A stretch of DNA of 64,000 nucleotides from the NCBI GenBank assembly GCA_964057225.1, contig OZ059897.1:3100001-3164000 (forward strand), written 5' to 3'. Positions 53,901 through 64,000 of this stretch are shown here, one piece after another. Numbering within the stretch: the first letter of the stretch is position 1; each line of letters starts with the position of its first letter. The stretch comes from Auanema rhodensis. Its lineage: Eukaryota > Animalia > Nematoda. Position numbers and translations under genes: made by a program. Below the pieces are notes generated by a model that ran no database searches, had not been told where the DNA came from, and worked only from the letters and a program-made list of their open reading frames with translations.

Positions 53901-56900
53901 GAAAATTTTTGTCAAAATGTTTTTGGAAGCAATGTTGAGTGTACATGGGAACTCAACATACACTAATGCATTATTTTTCAAACGATCATAACTTATTTTT
54001 GTATAGAGCGTTTCTCAATGTAGTATAGTGCATTCGATGCGGATTTTTAAGCTGCGTCGATCTGTGTTATCAGATTTGAGTTAGCTTAAAAATGCACCGA
54101 GATATCAACTGATATATGTTCACACTTATATCCTCGATTTTCACCCTGAAGAAATGATTTTTTCGTTGAATAACATTGTCCATCGTCTTCGTCTTGAAAA
54201 AAGGAATCTAAAAACATCTACTTTTTGTGAAATTATTTAGAAATTTTTCGGGAAAATTTTTGTCAAAATGTTTTTGGAAGCAATGTTGAGTGTACATGGG
54301 AACTCAACATACACTAATGCATTATTTTTCAAACGATCATAACTAATTTTTGTAAATAGCGTTTCTCAAGGTAGTATAGTGCATTCGATGCGGATTTTTA
54401 AGCTGCGTCGATCTGTGTTATCAGATTTGAGTTAGCTTAAAAATGCACCGAGATATCAACTGATATATGTTCACACTTATATCCTCGATTTTCAAACTGA
54501 AGAATTGATTTTTTTGTTGAATAACATTGTCCATCGTCTTCGTCTTGAAAAAAAGAATCTAAAAACATCTACTTTTTGTGAAATTATCTAGAAATTTTTC
54601 GGGAAAATTTTTGTCAAAATGTTTTTGGAAGCAATGTTGAGTGTACATGGGAACTCAACATACACTAATGCATTATTTTTCAAACGATCATAACTATTTT
54701 CTGTAAATAGCGTTTCTCAATGTAGTATAGTGCATTCGATGCGGATTTTTAAGTTGCGTTGATCTGTGTTATCAGATTTGAGTTAGCTTAAAAATGCACC
54801 GAGATATCAACTGATTTATGTTCACACTTATATCCTCGATTTTCACCCTGAAGAAATGATTTTTTCGTTGAATAACATTGTCCATCATCTTCGTCTTGAA
54901 AAAAGGAATCTAAAAACATCTACTTTTTGTGAAATTATTTAGAAATTTTTCGGTAAAATTTTTGTCAAAATGTTTTTGGAAGCAATGTTGAGTGTACATG
55001 GGAACTCAACATACACTAATGCATTATTTTTCAAACGATCATAACTAATTTTTGTAAATAGCGTTTCTCAAGGTAGTATAGTGCATTCGATGCGGATTTT
55101 TAAGCTGCGTCGATCTGTGTTATCAGATTTGAGTTAGCTTAAAAATGCACCGAGATATCAACTGATATATGTTCACACTTATATCCTCGATTTTCACCCT
55201 GAAGAAATGATTTTTTCGTTGAATAACATTGTCCATCGTCTTCGTCTTGAAAAAAGGAATCTAAAAACATCTACTTTTTGTGAAATTATTTAGAAATTTT
55301 TCGGGAAAATTTTTGTCAAAATGTTTTTGGAAGCAATGTTGAGTGTACATGGGAACTCAACATACACTAATGCATTATTTTTCAAACGATCATAACTATT
55401 TTCTGTAAATAGCGTTTCTCAATGTAGTATAGTGCATTCGATGCGGATTTTTAAGCTGCGTTGATCTGTGTTATCAGATTTGAGTTAACTTAAAAATGCA
55501 CCGAGATATCAACTGATATAGGTTCACACTTATATCCTCGATTTTCACCCTGAAGAAATAATTTTTTCGTTGAAAAACATTGTCCATCGTCTTCGTCATG
55601 AAAAAAGGAATCTAAAAACATCTACTTTTTGTGAAATTATTTAGAAATTTTTCGGGAAAATTTTTGTCAAAATGTTTTTGGAAGCAATGTTGAGTGTACA
55701 TGGGAACTCAGCATACACTAATGCATTATTTTTCAAACGATAATAACTAATTTTTGTATAGAGCGTTTCTTAATGTAGTATAGTGCATTCGATGCGGATT
55801 TTTAAGTTGCGTTGATCTGTGTTATCAGATTTGAGTTAGCTTAAAAATGCACCGAGATATCAACTGATTTATGTTCACACTTATATCCTCGATTTTCACC
55901 CTGAAGAAATGATTTTTTCGTTGAATAACATTGTCCATCATCTTCGTCTTGAAAAAAGGAATCTAAAAACATCTACTTTTTGTGAAATTATTTAGAAATT
56001 TTTCGGGAAAATTTTTGTCAAAATGTTTTTGGAAGCAATGTTGAGTGTACATGGGAACTCAACATACACTAATGCATTATTTTTCAAACGATCATAACTA
56101 ATTTTTGTATAGAGCGTTTCTTAATGTAGTATAGTGCATTCGATGCGGATTTTTAAGTTGCGTTGATCTGTGTTATCAGATTTGAGTTAGCTTAAAAATG
56201 CACCGAGATATCAACTGATTTATGTTCACACTTATATCCTCGATTTTCACCCTGAAGAAATGATTTTTTTGTTGAAAAATATTGTCCATCGTATTCGTCT
56301 TGAAAAAAGGAATCTAAAAACATCTACTTTTTGTGAAATTATTTAGAAATTTTTCGGGAAAATTTTTGTCAAAATGTTTTTGGAAGCAATGTTGAGTGTA
56401 CATGGGAACTCAACATACACTAATGCATTATTTTTCAAACGATCATAACTAATTTTTGTTAATAGCGTTTCTCAAGGTAGTATAGTGCATTCGATGCGGA
56501 TTTTTAAGCTGCGTCGATCTGTGTTATCAGATTTGAGTTAGCTTAAAAATGCACCGAGATATCAACTGATTTATGTTCACACTTATATCCTCGATTTTCA
56601 CCCTGAAGAAATGATTTTTTCGTTGAATAACATTGTCCATCATCTTCGTCTTGAAAAAAGGAATCTAAAAACATCTACTTTTTGTGAAATTATTTAGAAA
56701 TTTTTCGGGAAAATTTTTGTCAAAATGTTTTTGGAAGCAATGTTGAGTGTACATGGGAACTCAACATACACTAATGCATTATTTTTCAAACGATCATAAC
56801 TAATTTTTGTATAGAGCGTTTCTTAATGTAGTATAGTGCATTCGATGCGGATTTTTAAGTTGCGTTGATCTGTGTTATCAGATTTGAGTTAGCTTAAAAA

Positions 56901-59900
56901 TGCACCGAGATATCAACTGATTTATGTTCACACTTATATCCTCGATTTTCACCCTGAAGAAATGATTTTTTCGTTGAAAAATATTGTCCATCGTATTCGT
57001 CTTGAAAAAAGGAATCTAAAAACATCTACTTTTTGTGAAATTATTTAGAAATTTTTCGGGAAAATTTTTGTCAAAATGTTTTTGGAAGCAATGTTGAGTG
57101 TACATGGGAACTCAACATACACTAATGCATTATTTTTCAAACGATCATAACTAATTTTTGTTAATAGCGTTTCTCAAGGTAGTATAGTGCATTCGATGCG
57201 GATTTTTAAGCTGCGTCGATCTGTGTTATCAGATTTGAGTTAGCTTAAAAATGCACCGAGATATCAACTGATTTATGTTCACACTTATATCCTCGATTTT
57301 CACCCTGAAGAAATGATTTTTTCGTTGAAAAATATTGTCCATCGTATTCGTCTTGAAAAAAGGAATCTAAAAACATCTACTTTTTGTGAAATTATTTAGA
57401 AATTTTTCGGGAAAATTTTTGTCAAAATGTTTTTGGAAGCAATGTTGAGTGTACATGGGAACTCAACATACACTAATGCATTATTTTTCAAACGATCATA
57501 ACTAATTTTTGTATAGAGCGTTTCTTAATGTAGTATAGTGCATTCGATGCGGATTTTTAAGTTGCGTTGATCTGTGTTATCAGATTTGAGTTAGCTTAAA
57601 AATGCACCGAGATATCAACTGATTTATGTTCACACTTATATCCTCGATTTTCACCCTGAAGAAATGATTTTTTCGTTGAAAAATATTGTCCATCGTATTC
57701 GTCTTGAAAAAAGGAATCTAAAAACATCTACTTTTTGTGAAATTATTTAGAAATTTTTCGGGAAAATTTTTGTCAAAATGTTTTTGGAAGCAATGTTGAG
57801 TGTACATGGGAACTCAACATACACTAATGCATTATTTTTCAAACGATCATAACTAATTTTTGTTAATAGCGTTTCTCAAGGTAGTATAGTGCATTCGATG
57901 CGGATTTTTAAGCTGCGTCGATCTGTGTTATCAGATTTGAGTTAGCTTAAAAATGCACCGAGATATCAACTGATATATGTTCACACTTATATCCTCGATT
58001 TTCACCCTGAAGAAATGATTTTTTCGTTGAATAACATTGTCCATCGTCTTCGTCTTGAAAAAAGGAATCTAAAAACATCTACTTTTTGTGAAATTATTTA
58101 GAAATTTTTCGGGAAAATTTTTGTCAAAATGTTTTTGGAAGCAATGTTGAGTGTACATGGGAACTCAACATACACTAATGCATTATTTTTCAAACGATCA
58201 TAACTATTTTCTGTAAATAGCGTTTCTCAATGTAGTATAGTGCATTCGATGCGGATTTTTAAGCTGCGTTGATCTGTGTTATCAGATTTGAGTTAACTTA
58301 AAAATGCACCGAGATATCAACTGATATAGGTTCACACTTATATCCTCGATTTTCACCCTGAAGAAATAATTTTTTCGTTGAAAAACATTGTCCATCGTCT
58401 TCGTCATGAAAAAAGGAATCTAAAAACATCTACTTTTTGTGAAATTATTTAGAAATTTTTCGGGAAAATTTTTGTCAAAATGTTTTTGGAAGCAATGTTG
58501 AGTGTACATGGGAACTCAGCATACACTAATGCATTATTTTTCAAACGATAATAACTAATTTTTGTATAGAGCGTTTCTTAATGTAGTATAGTGCATTCGA
58601 TGCGGATTTTTAAGTTGCGTTGATCTGTGTTATCAGATTTGAGTTAGCTTAAAAATGCACCGAGATATCAACTGATATATGTTCACACTTATATCCTCGA
58701 TTTTCACCCTGAAGAAATAGTTTTTTCGTTGAAAAACATTGTCCATCGTCTTTGCCTTGAAAAAAGGAATCTAAAAACATCTACTTTTTGTGAAATTATT
58801 TAGAAATTTTTCGGGAAAATTTTTGTCAAAATGTTTTTGGAAGCAATGTTGAGTGTACATGGGAACTCAACATACACTAATGCATTATTTTTCAAACGAT
58901 CATAACTAATTTTTGTATAGAGCGTTTCTCAATGTAGTATAGTGCATTCGATGCGGATTTTTAAGCTGCGTTGATCTGTGTTATCAGATTTGAGTTAACT
59001 TAAAAATGCACCGAGATATCAACTGATATAGGTTCACACTTATATCCTCGATTTTCACCCTGAAGAAGTAGTTTTTTCGTTGAAAAACATTGTCCATCGT
59101 CTTCGTCATGAAAAAAGGAATCTAAAAACATCTACTTTTTAAGAAATTATATAGAAATTTTTCGGGAAAATTTTTGTCAAAATGTTTTTGGAAGCAATGT
59201 TGAGTGTACATGGGAACTCAACATACACTAATGCATTATTTTTCAAACGATCATAACTTATTTTTGTATAGAGCGTTTCTCAATGTAGTATAGTGCATTC
59301 GATGCGGATTTTTAAGCTGCGTCGATCTGTGTTATCAGATTTGAGTTAGCTTAAAAATGCACCGAGATATCAACTGATATATGTTCACACTTATATCCTC
59401 GATTTTCACCCTGAAGAAATGATTTTTTCGTTGAATAACATTGTCCATCGTCTTCGTCTTGAAAAAAGGAATCTAAAAACATCTACTTTTTGTGAAATTA
59501 TTTAGAAATTTTTCGGGAAAATTTTTGTCAAAATGTTTTTGGAAGCAATGTTGAGTGTACATGGGAACTCAACATACACTAATGCATTATTTTTCAAACG
59601 ATCATAACTTATTTTTGTATAGAGCGTTTCTCAATGTATAATAGTGCATTCGATGCGGATTTTTAAGCTGCGTCGATCTGTGTTATCAGATTTGAGTTAG
59701 CTTAAAAATGCACCGAGATATCAACTGATATATGTTCACACTTATATCCTCGATTTTCAAACTGAAGAATTGATTTTTTTGTTGAATAACATTGTCCATC
59801 GTCTTCGTCTTGAAAAAAGGAATCTAAAAACATCTACTTTTTGTGAAATTATCTAGAAATTTTTCGGGAAAATTCTTGTCAAAATGTTTTTGGAAGCAAT

Positions 59901-62900
59901 GTTGAGTGTACATGGGAACTCAACATACACTAATGCATTATTTTTCAAACGATCATAACTATTTTCTGTAAATAGCGTTTCTCAATGTAGTATAGTGCAT
60001 TCGATGCGGATTTTTAAGTTGCGTTGATCTGTGTTATCAGATTTGAGTTAGCTTAAAAATGCACCGAGATATCAACTGATTTATGTTCACACTTATATCC
60101 TCGATTTTCACCCTGAAGAAATGATTTTTTCGTTGAATAACATTGTCCATCATCTTCGTCTTGAAAAAAGGAATCTAAAAACATCTACTTTTTGTGAAAT
60201 TATCTAGAAATTTTTCGGGAAAATTTTTGTCAAAATGTTTTTGGAAGCAATGTTGAGTGTACATGGGAACTCAACATACACTAATGCATTATTTTTCAAA
60301 CGATCATAACTTATTTTTGTAAATAGCGTTTCTCAAGGTAGTATAGTGCATTCGATGCGGATTTTTAAGCTGCGTCGATCTGTGTTATCAGATTTGAGTT
60401 AGCTTAAAAATGCACCGAGATATCAACTGATATATGTTCACACTTATATCCTCGATTTTCAAACTGAAGAATTGATTTTTTTGTTGAATAACATTGTCCA
60501 TCGTCTTCGTCTTGAAAAAAGGAATCTAAAAACATCTACTTTTTGTGAAATTATCTAGAAATTTTTCGGGAAAATTCTTGTCAAAATGTTTTTGGAAGCA
60601 ATGTTGAGTGTACATGGGAACTCAACATACACTAATGCATTATTTTTCAAACGATCATAACTATTTTCTGTAAATAGCGTTTCTCAATGTAGTATAGTGC
60701 ATTCGATGCGGATTTTTAAGTTGCGTTGATCTGTGTTATCAGATTTGAGTTAGCTTAAAAATGCACCGAGATATCAACTGATTTATGTTCACACTTATAT
60801 CCTCGATTTTCACCCTGAAGAAATGATTTTTTCGTTGAATAACATTGTCCATCATCTTCGTCTTGAAAAAAGGAATCTAAAAACATCTACTTTTTGTGAA
60901 ATTATTTAGAAATTTTTCGGTAAAATTTTTGTCAAAATGTTTTTGGAAGCAATGTTGAGTGTACATGGGAACTCAACATACACTAATGCATTATTTTTCA
61001 AACGATCATAACTAATTTTTGTAAATAGCGTTTCTCAAGGTAGTATAGTGCATTCGATGCGGATTTTTAAGCTGCGTCGATCTGTGTTATCAGATTTGAG
61101 TTAGCTTAAAAATGCACCGAGATATCAACTGATATATGTTCACACTTATATCCTCGATTTTCACCCTGAAGAAATGATTTTTTCGTTGAATAACATTGTC
61201 CATCGTCTTTGTCTTGAAAAAAGGAATCTAAAAACATCTACTTTTTGTGAAATTATTTAGAAATTTTTCGGGAAAATTTTTGTCAAAATGTTTTTGGAAG
61301 CAATGTTGAGTGTACATGGGAACTCAACATACACTAATGCATTATTTTTCAAACGATCATAACTATTTTCTGTAAATAGCGTTTCTCAATGTAGTATAGT
61401 GCATTCGATGCGGATTTTTAAGCTGCGTTGATCTGTGTTATCAGATTTGAGTTAGCTTAAAAATGCACCGAGATATCAACTGATATATGTTCACACTTAT
61501 ATCCTCGATTTTCACCCTGAAGAAATAGTTTTTTCGTTGAAAAACATTGTCCATCGTCTTTGCCTTGAAAAAAGGAATCTAAAAACATCTACTTTTTGTG
61601 AAATTATTTAGAAATTTTTCGGGAAAATTTTTGTCAAAATGTTTTTGGAAGCAATGTTGAGTGTACATGGGAACTCAACATACACTAATGCATTATTTTT
61701 CAAACGATCATAACTTATTTTTGTATAGAGCGTTTCTCAATGTAGTATAGTGCATTCGATGCGGATTTTTAAGCTGCGTCGATCTGTGTTATCAGATTTG
61801 AGTTAGCTTAAAAATGCACCGAGATATCAACTGATATATGTTCACACTTATATCCTCGACTTTCACCCTGAAGAAATGATTTTTTCGTTGAATAACATTG
61901 TCCATCGTCTTCGTCTTGAAAAAAGGAATCTAAAAACATCTACTTTTTGTGAAATTATTTAGAAATTTTTCGGGAAAATTTTTGTCAAAATGTTTTTGGA
62001 AGCAATGTTGAGTGTACATGGGAACTCAACATACACTAATGCATTATTTTTCAAACGATCATAACTATTTTCTGTAAATAGCGTTTCTCAATGTAGTATA
62101 GTGCATTCGATGCGGATTTTTAAGCTGCGTTGATCTGTGTTATCAGATTTGAGTTAACTTAAAAATGCACCGAGATATCAACTGATATAGGTTCACACTT
62201 ATATCCTCGATTTTCACCCTGAAGAAATAATTTTTTCGTTGAAAAACATTCTCCATCGTCTTCGTCATGAAAAAAGGAATCTAAAAACATCTACTTTTTG
62301 TGAAATTATTTAGAAATTTTTCGGGAAAATTTTTGTCAAAATGTTTTTGGAAGCAATGTTGAGTGTACATGGGAACTCAGCATACACTAATGCATTATTT
62401 TTCAAACGATAATAACTAATTTTTGTATAGAGCGTTTCTTAATGTAGTATAGTGCATTCGATGCGGATTTTTAAGTTGCGTTGATCTGTGTTATCAGATT
62501 TGAGTTAGCTTAAAAATGCACCGAGATATCAACTGATTTATGTTCACACTTATATCCTCGATTTTCACCCTGAAGAAATGATTTTTTCGTTGAATAACAT
62601 TGTCCATCATCTTCGTCTTGAAAAAAGGAATCTAAAAACATCTACTTTTTGTGAAATTATTTAGAAATTTTTCGGGAAAATTTTTGTCAAAATGTTTTTG
62701 GAAGCAATGTTGAGTGTACATGGGAACTCAACATACACTAATGCATTATTTTTCAAACGATCATAACTAATTTTTGTAAATAGCGTTTCTCAAGGTAGTA
62801 TAGTGCATTCGATGCGGATTTTTAAGCTGCGTCGATCTGTGTTATCAGATTTGAGTTAGCTTAAAAATGCACCGAGATATCAACTGATATATGTTCACAC

Positions 62901-64000
62901 TTATATCCTCGATTTTCACCCTGAAGAAATGATTTTTTCGTTGAATAACATTGTCCATCGTCTTCGTCTTGAAAAAAGGAATCTAAAAACATCTACTTTT
63001 TGTGAAATTATTTAGAAATTTTTCGGGAAAATTTTTGTCAAAATGTTTTTGGAAGCAATGTTGAGTGTACATGGGAACTCAACATACACTAATGCATTAT
63101 TTTTCAAACGATCATAACTAATTTCTGTAAATAGCGTTTCTCAATGTAGTATAGTGCATTCGATGCGGATTTTTAAGCTGCGTCGATCTGTGTTATCAGA
63201 TTTGAGTTAGCTTAAAAATGCACCGAGATATCAACTGATATATGTTCACACTTATATCCTCGATTTTCACCCTGAAGAAATAGTTTTTTCGTTGAAAAAC
63301 ATTGTCCATCGTCTTTGCCTTGAAAAAAGGAATCTAAAAACATCTACTTTTTGTGAAATTATTTAGAAATTTTTCGGGAAAATTTTTGTCAAAATGTTTT
63401 TGGAAGCAATGTTGAGTGTACATGGGAACTCAACATACACTAATGCATTATTTTTCAAACGATCATAACTTATTTTTGTATAGAGCGTTTCTCAATGTAG
63501 TATAGTGCATTCGATGCGGATTTTTAAGCTGCGTCGATCTGTGTTATCAGATTTGAGCTTGCTTAAAAATTCACCGAGATATCAACTGATATATGTTCAC
63601 ACTTATATCCTCGACTTTCACCGTGAAGAAATGATTTTTTCGTTGAATAACATTGTCCATCGTCTTCGTCTTGAAAAAAGGAATCTAAAAACATCTACTT
63701 TTTGTGAAATTATTTAGAAATTTTTCGGGAAAATTTTTGTCAAAATGTTTTTGGAAGCAATGTTGAGTGTACATGGGAACTCAACATACACTAATGCATT
63801 ATTTTTCAAACGATCATAACTAATTTTTGTATAGAGCGTTTCTCAATGTAGTATAGTGCATTCGATGCGGATTTTTAAGCTGCGTCGATCTGTGTTATCA
63901 GATTTGAGCTTGCTTAAAAATGCACCGAGATATCAACTGATATATGTTCACACTTATATCCTCGATTTTCACCCTGAAGAAATGATTTTTTCGTTTAATA
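35942..64000. repeat. Variant domain III (second, expanded occurrence) with 2-, 3-, 10- and 11/12-mer duplications
   Basis: Same marker set as 15606-20519, plus private SNPs GGAACATTT, ATGATTGTT, AGCTTGCTT, CACCGTG, ATTATCTAG, TTCGGTAAA and AAAATATTG. Confidence 0.82.

Larger units (their letters stand above)
1..64000. repeat. Tandem satellite DNA array, 351-bp AT-rich monomer, 182 complete copies plus one partial, single orientation, running off both window ends
   Basis: TTGAAAAAAGGAATCTAAAAACATC recurs at 1, 351, 702, 1053 ... 63671. 63671 = 351 + 181x351 - 10x21 - 1, so the register is fully explained. Copies differ by only a few SNPs, and I saw no unique sequence or strand switch. Confidence 0.99.

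Noticed and set aside
47710-63717. Five 70-aa ORFs (47710, 48061, 51220, 51571, 63505)
   Set aside because: They start at GTG and are opened by the AGTTAG>AGCTTG variant. Their recurrence follows block duplication of the satellite, not coding function.
1-64000. CRISPR array or other repeat-spacer system suggested by regularly spaced palindromes
   Set aside because: The sequence between palindromes is as conserved as the palindromes, so there are no unique spacers, and there are no cas genes.
1-64000. Assignment to a named satellite of similar size (Drosophila 359-bp/1.688, Tribolium ~350-360-bp satellites)
   Set aside because: Only length and AT content are similar. I cannot support sequence homology without a database search.

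Overview
The whole 64-kb window is one uninterrupted, head-to-tail tandem satellite array with no genes, RNA genes, CRISPR or TE insertions that I can see. The monomer is 351 bp and about 32% GC (hand count of the consensus). There are 182 complete monomers plus a partial 183rd. Monomer starts at 1, 351, 702 ... 63671 fit exactly if the only net indels are ten 21-bp deletions and two 1-bp deletions. It is almost certainly eukaryotic heterochromatic or (peri)centromeric satellite DNA; I cannot name the family or organism. The listed ORFs are by-products of SNPs that remove stop codons. Two things are worth attention. (i) Each monomer is rich in dyad symmetry: a concentric ~59-bp hairpin with a perfect 11-bp stem, a perfect 9-bp stem-loop and two 6-bp stems, plus roughly phased A/T tracts. 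(ii) Diagnostic SNPs record a layered history: three variant domains occur twice in the same order (I-II-III, I-II-III), with nested 2-, 3-, 4-, 6-, 10- and 11/12-monomer higher-order duplications, a palindrome-excision 330-bp subfamily, a short conversion-like tract, and reciprocal mutations in the two arms of the large inverted repeat across adjacent monomers. All counts and coordinates were read by eye and need confirming by alignment.
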